From Spirochaetia bacterium (GTDB lineage Bacteria; Spirochaetota; Spirochaetia; CAKZLE01), in assembly GCA_963677595.1 (NCBI GenBank), contig OY782041.1, positions 2,112,001-2,176,000 on the forward strand: a stretch of DNA of 64,000 nt, given 5' to 3'. Shown in pieces: positions 9,319 through 18,611 of this stretch. Position 1 is the stretch's first letter; each line of letters starts with the position of its first letter. The position numbers and the translations under genes are program-made. The notes beneath the pieces were generated by a model that searched no databases, had not been told where the DNA came from, and worked only from the letters and a program-made list of their open reading frames with translations.

Positions 9319-11109
9319 ATGAAAGCAACGACAGTCTATGATGAGAGCAAGATAAAGACGTTAAGCTCACTGGAGCATATACGCCTGAGGACCGGTATGT
9401 ATATCGGGCGCCTCGGGGACGGCGGGAATGCCGATGACGGGATCTACATCCTCCTCAAGGAGGTGGTGGACAACAGCATCGACGAGTTCATCATGGGGTT
9501 CGGCCGACAGGTGGCCGTGGAGATCCATGAGAAGACCGTGAAGGTCCGGGACTTCGGTCGGGGGATCCCCCTTGGCAAGGTGATCGAGTGCGTCTCGGTG
9601 ATCAATACCGGGGCAAAGTACAATGACGAGGTGTTCCAGTTCTCCGTGGGGCTCAACGGGGTCGGTACGAAGGCGGTCAATGCCCTCTCCTCCTATTTCC
9701 ATGTGGTCTCCTACCGTGAGGGGAAGTACTCCGAGGCGGTCTTCGAGCGGGGGACCCTCATCTCGAAGAAGCAGGGGAAGAGCACCCAGCCGGCCGGCAC
9801 CTTCATCGAGTTCATTCCCGATGAGCAGATCTTCGGCGAGTATGCCTATGACATGGAGTTCGTCGAGGAGCGGATCCAGAACTATGCCTACCTGAACGCC
9901 GGGCTCACGCTCGAGTTCAACAAGCGCATGTACCGCTCTAAGAAGGGTCTGCTCGACCTGCTGCAGGCTGAGGTCGGCTCCCAATGCCTCTATGACATCA
10001 TCTACTACAAGGGAGAGCATATCGAGTTCTCCCTCACCCATACGGGGAACTACGGCGAGAACTACTTCTCCTACGTGAACGGCCAGTTCACCAGCAGCGG
10101 GGGTACCCACCAGAGCGCCTTCCGTGAGGGGATCCTCAAGGGGGTCAACGAGTTCTTCAAGAAGAGCTACTCCGGGGTCGATGTCCGCGAGGGCGTCGTT
10201 GGGGCTGTGGCGGTAAAGCTGATGAACCCGGTCTTCGAGAGCCAGACAAAGAACAAGCTCGGGAACACCGAGATCAAGGGCTGGATCATCAATGAGGTGA
10301 AGTCCGCTATCGAGGACTTCCTGCTCAAGAACCAGGATGCTGCCACGCGGCTCAACGACAAGATAGCGAACAACGAGAAGCTCCGCAAGGAGCTCAATGC
10401 CGTGAAGAAAGGAGCCCGCGAGGCAGCGAAGAGGATCTCGATCAAGATCCCGAACCTCAAGGACTGCAAGTACCACCGGGACCACGCGAAACACGGCGAG
10501 AAGACCATGATCTTCCTCACCGAGGGACAGTCTGCCTCCGGGTCGATGGTCTCCACCCGGGATGTCTATACCCAGGCGATCTTCAGCCTGCGGGGGAAGG
10601 TACTCAACGTCCAGGGCAAGAAGCGGACGGAGATCTATAAGAACGAGGAGCTCTACAACCTCATGAAGGCCCTCGGGATCGAGAACGAGCTGGAGAACCT
10701 CCGGTATGAGAAGATCGTCATCGCGACCGATGCCGATTTCGACGGGTTCCATATCAGGAACCTGCTGCTGACCTATTTCCTCAGCTATTTCGAGGAGCTC
10801 GTCCTCTCGAACCATATCTATATCCTCGAGACCCCGCTGTTCCGTGTGCGGAACAAGAAGAAGACGGTCTACTGCTATAACGAGCAGGAGCGCAACGAGG
10901 CGATGGCTATGATCTCCTCGCCTGAGGTGACGCGGTTCAAGGGGCTCGGGGAGATCTCCCCGAAGGAGTTCGGCCAGTTCATCGGCGAGGACATCCGGCT
11001 CATCCCCGTGAGCATCAAGTCGATCCATGAGATCAGGGACACCCTCGAGTTCTACATGGGTAAGAACACGCCGCAGCGAAAAGAATTCATCATGGAGAAC
11101 CTGATCTGA
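9319..11109 (+). CDS. parE: DNA topoisomerase IV subunit B
   Basis: GHKL ATPase (EVVDNSIDE, GLNGVG) and TOPRIM (TEGQSA, TDADFDG, RFKGLGE); lacks the gyrase-type extension. Confidence 0.9.
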   Translation: MKATTVYDESKIKTLSSLEHIRLRTGMYIGRLGDGGNADDGIYILLKEVVDNSIDEFIMGFGRQVAVEIHEKTVKVRDFGRGIPLGKVIECVSVINTGAKYNDEVFQFSVGLNGVGTKAVNALSSYFHVVSYREGKYSEAVFERGTLISKKQGKSTQPAGTFIEFIPDEQIFGEYAYDMEFVEERIQNYAYLNAGLTLEFNKRMYRSKKGLLDLLQAEVGSQCLYDIIYYKGEHIEFSLTHTGNYGENYFSYVNGQFTSSGGTHQSAFREGILKGVNEFFKKSYSGVDVREGVVGAVAVKLMNPVFESQTKNKLGNTEIKGWIINEVKSAIEDFLLKNQDAATRLNDKIANNEKLRKELNAVKKGAREAAKRISIKIPNLKDCKYHRDHAKHGEKTMIFLTEGQSASGSMVSTRDVYTQAIFSLRGKVLNVQGKKRTEIYKNEELYNLMKALGIENELENLRYEKIVIATDADFDGFHIRNLLLTYFLSYFEELVLSNHIYILETPLFRVRNKKKTVYCYNEQERNEAMAMISSPEVTRFKGLGEISPKEFGQFIGEDIRLIPVSIKSIHEIRDTLEFYMGKNTPQRKEFIMENLI

Positions 11110-13100
11110 TGGCACATGTACAGAAACTCTTCAGAAAGAACTTCCTCGAATATGCATCCTACGTTATCAAGGACCGGGCCATCCCGGACATAGCGGACGG
11201 GCTGAAGCCGGTCCAGCGGAGGATCCTCCACTCCCTCTTCGAGATGGATGACGGCAAGTTCCACAAGGTGGCCAACGTCGTCGGGCACTGCATGAAGTAC
11301 CACCCGCACGGGGACTCCTCCATCTACGAGGCGCTGGTGAACCTGGCCAACATGGAGGTCTTCATCGACAAGCAGGGGAACTTCGGGAACATCCTCACCG
11401 GCGACATCGCCTCGGCTGCCCGATACATCGAGTGCCGGCTGCTTCCCTATGCGAGGAAGTCGATCTACAACCCTGAGCTGACCGTCTACGAGGACTCCTA
11501 CGACGGGAGGAACTCCGAACCGGTCGCCTTCCCGGCCAAGATCCCGGTCCTGCTGATCCAGGGGGCCGAGGGGATCGCCGTCGGCATGTCGACGAAGATC
11601 CTGCCGCACAACCTCAACGAGGTCCTCGACGCGATGGCAGCCCGGCTCCAGGGGGAGGTGAAACGGGTCTACCCCGACTTCCCGGGCGGCGGCTACCTCG
11701 ACGTGTCGAACTATGAGGACGGCAACGGGAAAGTGCTCGTACGGGCCAAGCTCAATACCAAGGACCCGAAGAAGATCGTCATCGAGGAGATCCCCTACGG
11801 GGTCACCACCGAGAAGCTGATCGCCTCCATCGAGGCTGCAGCCAAGAAGAACAAGCTGAAGATCTCGGGGATCAACGACTTCACCACCGAGAAGATCAAT
11901 ATAGAGATCAACCTCCCGAGGAACACCTATACCCAGGATGTCGTCGATGCCCTCTATGCCTTCACCGACTGCGAGCAGTCGATCTCGGTGAACCTGCTGG
12001 TGATCCGGGACGGGTTCCCGGTACAGATGACCGTCACCGATGCGATCGCCTACCAGACGGATCGGCTCGTCGAGATCCTGAAGATGGAGCTCGAGAACGA
12101 GCGGGGGCACCTGCTCGATAACCTGCATGCCAGGACACTGGAGCGGATCTTCATCGAGGAGCGGATCTATAAGGCTATCGAGAAGATGAAGACCCAGGAG
12201 ACGGTGGTGAAAGCCGTCTTCCAGGGGTTCAAGCCCTTCCTAGACCAGTTGACGCGGGAGCTCGTTCCCGACGACGTGGACCGGCTGCTCAAGATCCCGA
12301 TCAGGAGGATCTCCCTCTACGACATCGAGAAGGCCCGCCATGAGGTCGAGAAGATCAATGCACGGCTCGAGGAGATCGCCTACCACCTCGCACATATCAC
12401 GGAATATGCCCTGGAGAACATCGAGTCGCTGAAGGTGAGTTCCGGTCCCCGCGCGCAGCGGAACACGATGGTGACCTCGTTCGACAAGGTCGATGTCAGG
12501 GAGGCTGCCAACCGTGACCTCTCCGTACGGTTCGATCCCTCGACCGGCTATCTCGGGTACCAGGTCCGGGAGGGCAGCATCCATTGCGAGGTCTCCCCCT
12601 ACGACCGGCTGCTGGTCATCAAGCGGGACGGCAGCTACTTCGTCACCGAGACCACGGACAAGCTCTTCGTCGGCAAGGGGATGCGCTACTGCTGCATCGC
12701 GGAGAAGTCCTGCCTCGAGGAGACGTTCTTCACGCTGGTCTACCAGCTGAAGGGGACCCGGCAGCTCTACATCAAGCGGTGCCAGATCACCCAGTTCATC
12801 ATGAACCGCTCCTACGAGCTGGTCCCGGAGAACGGGAAGCTCGTGAAGTTCTCCACCCAGGAGAATGCTGAGGTATTCCTGCAGTATAAACCGAAAAAAC
12901 GGCTGAAAGTGCTCGAGGAGAGTTTCCCCTTTGCCGATTATCTGGTAAAAGGTGTGAGGGCTAACGGGGTCCGGCTGACATCGAAGGATGTCCAGTCCGT
13001 CAGGATCCGCAGGGTGGTCCATAAGAAACCGGCAGAACCTGAGCAGCAGGAGCCTGAAGTGCAGAAGCAGCTGCAGCTCGGTATCGAGGATGATGCATGA
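11109..13100 (+). CDS. parC: DNA topoisomerase IV subunit A
   Basis: DGLKPVQRRI, YHPHGDSS and AARYIE (catalytic Tyr); start overlaps the parE stop. Confidence 0.9.
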   Translation: MAHVQKLFRKNFLEYASYVIKDRAIPDIADGLKPVQRRILHSLFEMDDGKFHKVANVVGHCMKYHPHGDSSIYEALVNLANMEVFIDKQGNFGNILTGDIASAARYIECRLLPYARKSIYNPELTVYEDSYDGRNSEPVAFPAKIPVLLIQGAEGIAVGMSTKILPHNLNEVLDAMAARLQGEVKRVYPDFPGGGYLDVSNYEDGNGKVLVRAKLNTKDPKKIVIEEIPYGVTTEKLIASIEAAAKKNKLKISGINDFTTEKINIEINLPRNTYTQDVVDALYAFTDCEQSISVNLLVIRDGFPVQMTVTDAIAYQTDRLVEILKMELENERGHLLDNLHARTLERIFIEERIYKAIEKMKTQETVVKAVFQGFKPFLDQLTRELVPDDVDRLLKIPIRRISLYDIEKARHEVEKINARLEEIAYHLAHITEYALENIESLKVSSGPRAQRNTMVTSFDKVDVREAANRDLSVRFDPSTGYLGYQVREGSIHCEVSPYDRLLVIKRDGSYFVTETTDKLFVGKGMRYCCIAEKSCLEETFFTLVYQLKGTRQLYIKRCQITQFIMNRSYELVPENGKLVKFSTQENAEVFLQYKPKKRLKVLEESFPFADYLVKGVRANGVRLTSKDVQSVRIRRVVHKKPAEPEQQEPEVQKQLQLGIEDDA

Positions 13101-13786
13101 GAGACAGTATAAGAGAGAGGATCCTCTTTGAAGATAACCACCTGATCGTGGTGAACAAGCGCCCCTCGGAGATCGTGCAGGGCGATGAGACCCAGGATGT
13201 GCCGCTGTGCGATCATGTACGGGAGTATATCAGGGAGAGATACCATAAGCAGGGGAATGTCTTCCTCGGCATACCGCACCGGCTCGACCGGCCGACGAGC
13301 GGGATCGTCATCTATACCAAGACCGACAAGGCCCTCTCGCGGATGGGTTCCATGTTCCGGGAGAAGAAGGTGAAGAAGACCTACTGGGCTGTCGTTGACA
13401 AGATGCCGCCCCAGTCCGAGGGGGAGCTCAAGCACTACCTTACCCGGAACCGGCAGAAGAACAAGAGCATCGCCTTCGATACGGAGAAGAAGAACTCGCA
13501 GTTCGCCCACCTGAGCTACCGCGTGGTCGGGGCGACCCAGAACTACTACCTGCTCGAGATCGACCTCCATACCGGGCGGCACCACCAGATCAGGGCGCAG
13601 CTTGCCGCGATCGGCTGCTCCATCAAGGGTGACCTCAAGTACGGGGCGAGGCGGTCGAACCGCGGGGGTGGGATCTACCTGCATGCGCGCAAGGTCGAAT
13701 TCGAACACCCCGTGAAGAAAGAATCCCTCACGATCGTCGCGGACCCCCCGTCCGACCCCCTATGGAACTGTTTCAGAAACCTCTAA
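13097..13786 (+). CDS. RluA family pseudouridine synthase
   Basis: HRLDRPTSG and TGRHHQIR motifs. Confidence 0.92.
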   Translation: MRDSIRERILFEDNHLIVVNKRPSEIVQGDETQDVPLCDHVREYIRERYHKQGNVFLGIPHRLDRPTSGIVIYTKTDKALSRMGSMFREKKVKKTYWAVVDKMPPQSEGELKHYLTRNRQKNKSIAFDTEKKNSQFAHLSYRVVGATQNYYLLEIDLHTGRHHQIRAQLAAIGCSIKGDLKYGARRSNRGGGIYLHARKVEFEHPVKKESLTIVADPPSDPLWNCFRNL

Positions 13787-13789
13787 CCA

Positions 13790-16726
13790 CTACAGGATAT
13801 CGATGTAGCCCTCTCCCGACTTCCCGTCTATCTTCACGGTGAACGGTCTGTCTGTATGGGAGAGCCTGAGGAACTCCGTCTCCCTCGTGCAGGTCAGTAC
13901 ATCAAGCCGCTCATACGCACAGCTCCCGTCTCCCCGTACCGGATTGATCGTCATGTAGCCGTTGTGGAGCGAGGTGAGATTCTGGAAGAAGTGCGTTCCC
14001 TGGCTTGGCTCCACCTCGAACCCCTTGAGACCCGTCTCGATGATGACCCTCGCCTGGGAGATCTGCGCCCAGGTGGTGGGGATGCCGAGCCAGGGGTCGC
14101 TCGAACCGAGCCTCCCTGCCACCAGGAGGATGTAGCCCCTGTCCTCCTCGGTGAAGGCGGCGTTGATCTCTGCTATCTGCTCTGCCATGAGTACCGTCTT
14201 CGACGGGTCGAAGGCGTCCGGCTTCACGTAGATGATGTCCTGGAGGTCAGAATAGATCCCGTTGCCCATCGCCTTCTTCGAATGGATTACAGCTTTCTGG
14301 GTATCTTCGGGGAGGAACGAGACGTCCGTTGACTCAGCACCCTCGACGATCGGCCTGATCTGCAGGATGCTGAACTCCGGGGGCTTTCCCGCCGGTTTAT
14401 GGAAGTTGCATGCGAACTCGATCTCGATCGGCACATTCATGATATCCTCTCCGAGGATGAGCAGGTCCCTGATGATCTGCACGACCGGGAGGGCATTGTA
14501 TTTGAGAAGGGCGGAGAAGGTGATGATCTTCTTCCCCTTTGCCGACGGGGAGTCGCTCATGGTCCTGTTGCGGATGTCGTAGGTCGAGGCGACATACTTC
14601 AGGGGATTTGGATCATCAAGGTCCCCGACCTGGAGCTTCACCAGGTTGTCCGCATCGAACTCCTCCGGGTCGAAGAGCCTGGTCATATCCAGGGCATAGA
14701 ACTCCTGCTGGGTCTTGCCGGTCATGGGGTCGAGCTGCATCGCCCGTTTCGGGTATCTCGGGGAGAACCGCAGCGAGATCCCATTCTCCACGACCGTCTT
14801 CCCGAACCCGAAGGCGATGTAGGCTACCCCGTCGGAGGGGGACTCCTTCCCGAGGGGGTAGTAGTTCAGCGACCTGGCGACCCCGGAGAGGTTGGGGTAG
14901 CAGTAGTGGCCGAAGGTGGTGCCCGTCACCTGCTGGATGATGACGGCCATCTGCTCCTCCTCGATCATGTGGTTCGTCGCCTTGAGGTAGTCCTTGCTCT
15001 TGCGGTAGTAGGTGGAGGCGTAGACGCACTTGATCGCGTTGCAGATGTCCTTCATCCTCCGGTCGAAGTCCGGGTGGTCGTTGGGGATCATGCAGGTCTC
15101 GTAGATACCGGCGAAGGGCTGGTAGTGTGAGTCCTCCAGCAGGCTCGAGGACCGTACCGCGATCGGTGCACGGAGCACCTTGATGATGGCTTTCAGGTTC
15201 TCCTCGAGCTCGTTCGGCAGTTTCGCCTTGAGGAAGATCTGGAGGATCTCCCCGTCGGAGTAGTCCTTGACGACCTCGGGGTAGAGGTCGTTCTCCTCCA
15301 TGAAGGAGTCGAAGAGTTCGGTCGTCAGGACGATCGTCCTGGGGATGGAGAGGTACATTTCGGGGTACTTCTCGGCCAGGCCGTGCTCCTTGACGATCAT
15401 GCTGATGAAGGCGAGTCCGCGTCCCTTCCCCCCGAGGGAGCCTGAGCCGATCCTGTTGAAGAAGGAGAGCTCGTCGAACCGCTCCTTGCTGAAGAGCGCG
15501 ATGGTGTTCCTCCCCCGCTGGGAGCGGTAGGCCTTGATCGTGGAGATAATGTCGCTGCGAAGCTCATCGGCTGTCCGGTAGTCCTCGAGGCTCTTTGGCC
15601 GGATCTGTTTCGCCAGGTTGAAGTGGGCACGTGCCTTGAGCCATTTCGAGATGTCATTGTTACGCACATGGTACTTGAACGAGTCGAGCGGCAGGGTCGC
15701 CAGGGTGTACTGGAGGTCCCTGAGGTTCTCGGCCTTGGCGATCGGCCGCAGGGTGTCGGGATCCCTGAAGATGAAGTCCCCGAACCCGTAGTTGGTCCTG
15801 ATGTAGGTTCGTATATCGGCAAGGAGGGTCTCGGAGTGCTTGTGGATGAAGTGGGCATGGTGCTTCTCGGCCTCTATGCGGTACTCCTGGCGGGAGGACT
15901 GCAGCAGGATGGGGATCTCGCTGTTCCCCCCCCTGATATACTCACAGAGCTTCAGGCCGGCTTCCCGGTCGACTTCCCCGTCCCGGTTGTAGGTGATGTC
16001 CGAGATGATCCCGAGGGTGTTCCCTTTATAGGTGTCATAGAGCTCGACTGCCTCATTGTAGTTCTTGGCAAGGAGGATCTTCGGGCGTCCCCGCATCCGC
16101 TGGGTCTTGGACCAGTCGTTGAGCCCCTCCGACATGATATACCGGGCCTGCTGGATCAGGGTGGTATAGATGATCGGGAGGTAGGTCGAGTAGTAGCGGA
16201 CCGAGTCCTCCACCAGGATGATGACCTGCACACCGGCAGATGCCGTGTCGAGCGGTGCGTTCATCCGGTCCTCGACCAGCTTGACCATGGCCAGCAGGAT
16301 GTTCGGGTTCCCCTGCCAGGCGAAGATGTAGTCCACCACATCCCGGCTCTCGCTCTTGAGTTCGAGGAGCATCTTGTGGGAGGCCTGCGGGGTGAGGATG
16401 ATGATCGGCTTGTCAGGGTATGTCTCCCTGATCGTCTGTGCCAGGGTCGCCACATGCAGCTCCCCGATGTTGAGCATGGTGATGACCAGTTCGAAGTCCC
16501 GTTCCTCAAGGAGGTCCAGGGCTACCTGGGCTGAGTGGGCATGGGTGATCTTCGGCGGGTAGCGCAGGCCGAGGGAGACATAGTCCTGGAACAGCAGTTC
16601 CTCTATGCGTCCATCCTCCTCGAGCATGAACCGGTCATACCTGCTGCAGATGAGCAGGATGTTCCGGACTCGCAGGGACATGAGATCCCCGAACGGGGTC
16701 TCCGGTATGATCGGTTGTGCAGTCAT
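13790..16726 (-). CDS. Receiver-like domains fused to a PEP synthase/PPDK N-terminal ATP-grasp domain
   Basis: LGGKGRGL, AVRSSSLLEDS, FAGIYET, MAVIIQQV, LQIRP and C-terminal SQGTHFFQN motifs; REC-like N-terminus. Start placed at ATG 16726; the longer ORF extension runs through AT-rich intergenic DNA. Confidence 0.85.
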   Translation of the reverse strand: MTAQPIIPETPFGDLMSLRVRNILLICSRYDRFMLEEDGRIEELLFQDYVSLGLRYPPKITHAHSAQVALDLLEERDFELVITMLNIGELHVATLAQTIRETYPDKPIIILTPQASHKMLLELKSESRDVVDYIFAWQGNPNILLAMVKLVEDRMNAPLDTASAGVQVIILVEDSVRYYSTYLPIIYTTLIQQARYIMSEGLNDWSKTQRMRGRPKILLAKNYNEAVELYDTYKGNTLGIISDITYNRDGEVDREAGLKLCEYIRGGNSEIPILLQSSRQEYRIEAEKHHAHFIHKHSETLLADIRTYIRTNYGFGDFIFRDPDTLRPIAKAENLRDLQYTLATLPLDSFKYHVRNNDISKWLKARAHFNLAKQIRPKSLEDYRTADELRSDIISTIKAYRSQRGRNTIALFSKERFDELSFFNRIGSGSLGGKGRGLAFISMIVKEHGLAEKYPEMYLSIPRTIVLTTELFDSFMEENDLYPEVVKDYSDGEILQIFLKAKLPNELEENLKAIIKVLRAPIAVRSSSLLEDSHYQPFAGIYETCMIPNDHPDFDRRMKDICNAIKCVYASTYYRKSKDYLKATNHMIEEEQMAVIIQQVTGTTFGHYCYPNLSGVARSLNYYPLGKESPSDGVAYIAFGFGKTVVENGISLRFSPRYPKRAMQLDPMTGKTQQEFYALDMTRLFDPEEFDADNLVKLQVGDLDDPNPLKYVASTYDIRNRTMSDSPSAKGKKIITFSALLKYNALPVVQIIRDLLILGEDIMNVPIEIEFACNFHKPAGKPPEFSILQIRPIVEGAESTDVSFLPEDTQKAVIHSKKAMGNGIYSDLQDIIYVKPDAFDPSKTVLMAEQIAEINAAFTEEDRGYILLVAGRLGSSDPWLGIPTTWAQISQARVIIETGLKGFEVEPSQGTHFFQNLTSLHNGYMTINPVRGDGSCAYERLDVLTCTRETEFLRLSHTDRPFTVKIDGKSGEGYIDIL

Positions 16727-16939
16727 ACTGATACTGTACCACGATTCCCCGGGATTATCCACGGGTGTTTTTACTGGAGCATTAAGGGGCTGATCGAAAG
16801 AAAATATGTTAAAAAAGTATGAAAACATAAAAATAAATAAAAATATAACTGTATCCATAAGTAAGGAAATAGAAAAACATGCAAAACATAAAATACTATC
16901 ATACAAGATAATATATTTTGTAAAACATAAGAAAATAAG

Positions 16940-16968
16940 TTGACTATTGAGGGATTCGGGTTTACCAT
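16940..16968 (+). promoter_or_regulatory. Sigma70 promoter of gdhA
   Basis: TTGACT-17 nt-TACCAT, directly downstream of a very AT-rich tract. Confidence 0.6.
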
Positions 16969-17030
16969 TGCCATATATTTCTGAAATGATTATTGCCTGA
17001 AGGTGATGATCTCCTATTCGGAGGGTGTAT

Positions 17031-18368
17031 ATGTACCATTTTGATTCTTTCATGGCTGAGTTGGAGAAGAAGAACCCCGCACAGCCAGAGTTCATCCAGG
17101 CAGCCAGCGAGGTCATCGAGTCGATCATCGACGTCGTCAATGACAATCCCGCATACCTGAACGCCAAGATCCTCGAGCGGATCACCGAACCCGACCGGGT
17201 CCTTACCTTCAAGGTGGAGTGGGAGGATGACAACGGCGATGTCCAGGTCAACCGGGGGTACCGGATCCAGTTCAACAATGCGATCGGTCCCTATAAGGGC
17301 GGGCTGCGGTTCCACCCGAGCGTCACGCTCGGTACACTGAAGTTCCTCGGGTTCGAGCAGACTTTCAAGAACAGCCTTACCACCCTCCCGATGGGGGGAG
17401 CGAAGGGCGGGTCCGACTTCAACCCGAAGGGGAAGTCCGACAACGAGATCATGCGGTTCTGCCGCTCCTTCATGACCGAGCTCTACCGCTATATAGGGCC
17501 GAGCACCGATGTCCCCGCCGGCGATATCGGGGTTGGGGCACGGGAGATCGGGTACCTCTACGGCCAGTACAAGCGCCTGATGATAGAGAACACCGGGGTC
17601 CTGACCGGCAAGGGCCAGAACTGGGGCGGGTCGCTCATCAGGCCGGAAGCGACCGGCTACGGTTCGATGTACTTCGCCAATGAGATGACCACTGCCATGG
17701 GTGAGACCATGGCCGGGAAGCGGGTCGCCGTATCCGGCTTCGGCAACGTCGCCTGGGGGGCGGTCATGAAGGCTACCGAACTCGGGGCGAAGGTCGTGAC
17801 GATCTCCGGCCCGGACGGGTACATCCTCGATGAGGAGGGGATCAGCACCCCGGAGAAGTGGGACTACATGCTTGAGCTCAGGGCATCGAACAACGATGTC
17901 GTCGAGCCCTATGCGAAACGGTTCGGGGCGAAGTTCTTCAAGGGCCGCCGCCCCTGGGAGGTCCCCGTCGACATGGCATTCCCCTGTGCCATCCAGAACG
18001 AGCTCGATCTCGAGGATGCGAAGAGGCTTGCCGCCAACGGCGTGAAGTATGTGGTCGAGACCTCCAACATGGGGTGCACGACCCCTGCGGTACAGTACTT
18101 CCAGAAGGAAGGGATCTCCTTCGCGCCGGGAAAGGCCGCCAACGCAGGAGGCGTCGCCGTATCGGGACTCGAGATGTCCCAGAACTCGATGAAGCTCAGG
18201 TGGTCGATCGAAGAGGTCGACACCAGGCTCCACGAGATCATGAGGAACATCCACGCCGCCTGTATCCAGGAGGGGACGCTCCCCGACGGCTATGTCGATT
18301 ACGTGAAGGGTGCGAATATAGCGGGCTTCAAGAAGGTCGCTGATACGATGCTTCAACTGGGGTACTGA
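17031..18368 (+). CDS. gdhA: Glutamate dehydrogenase (GdhA type)
   Basis: GPYKGGLRFHPSV, GGAKGG, DVPAGDIGVG, RPEATGYG and GKAANAGGV motifs. Confidence 0.96.
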   Translation: MYHFDSFMAELEKKNPAQPEFIQAASEVIESIIDVVNDNPAYLNAKILERITEPDRVLTFKVEWEDDNGDVQVNRGYRIQFNNAIGPYKGGLRFHPSVTLGTLKFLGFEQTFKNSLTTLPMGGAKGGSDFNPKGKSDNEIMRFCRSFMTELYRYIGPSTDVPAGDIGVGAREIGYLYGQYKRLMIENTGVLTGKGQNWGGSLIRPEATGYGSMYFANEMTTAMGETMAGKRVAVSGFGNVAWGAVMKATELGAKVVTISGPDGYILDEEGISTPEKWDYMLELRASNNDVVEPYAKRFGAKFFKGRRPWEVPVDMAFPCAIQNELDLEDAKRLAANGVKYVVETSNMGCTTPAVQYFQKEGISFAPGKAANAGGVAVSGLEMSQNSMKLRWSIEEVDTRLHEIMRNIHAACIQEGTLPDGYVDYVKGANIAGFKKVADTMLQLGY

Positions 18369-18402
18369 CCAGTATCTCCTACATGAACTTTTTGTTTTTC
18401 TT

Positions 18403-18425
18403 GGAGGGTCCCGTTGGGGCCCTCC
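18403..18425 (+). terminator. Hairpin after gdhA
   Basis: GGAGGGTCCC-GTTG-GGGCCCTCC. Confidence 0.55.
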
Positions 18426-18484
18426 ACCTTTAGCAGGAGGCTTGCAGGGCAAGCTAAATCCCTATATAAACCATCAGGCACGTG

Positions 18485-18500
18485 CCGCTAAATGTAGTGT
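18485..18500. promoter_or_regulatory. NrdR box upstream of nrdJ
   Basis: CCGCTAAATGTAGTGT fits the consensus acaCwAtATaTwGtgt; CTAAATGTAGTGT is identical to a box upstream of nrdD. Confidence 0.75.
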
Positions 18501-18611
18501 TATTATTTCGATAAAATAGGAAATAGGTACTATTCATAGTTTGGGTTATGCGGTATGCTGTAGGGCACCGGGTCGGGGTCTCCCCCGCTTCCCGGAAGCC
18601 TGGAGGAACGC

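Noticed and set aside
9367-11115. Long antisense ORFs (582 aa here; others opposite parC, gdhA, nrdJ, dpp and pyrG)
   Set aside because: Shadow frames of GC-rich genes with strong third-position bias; no recognisable motifs or start signals.
16755-16940. Possible replication origin (AT-rich tract plus TTATCCACG)
   Set aside because: Only one near-consensus DnaA box, which coincides with a -35 element; no dnaA/dnaN context.
16727-17278. 184-aa N-terminal extension of the PEP-synthase-like ORF
   Set aside because: It overlaps gdhA antisense and crosses AT-rich promoter DNA; a promoter sits directly before ATG 16726.
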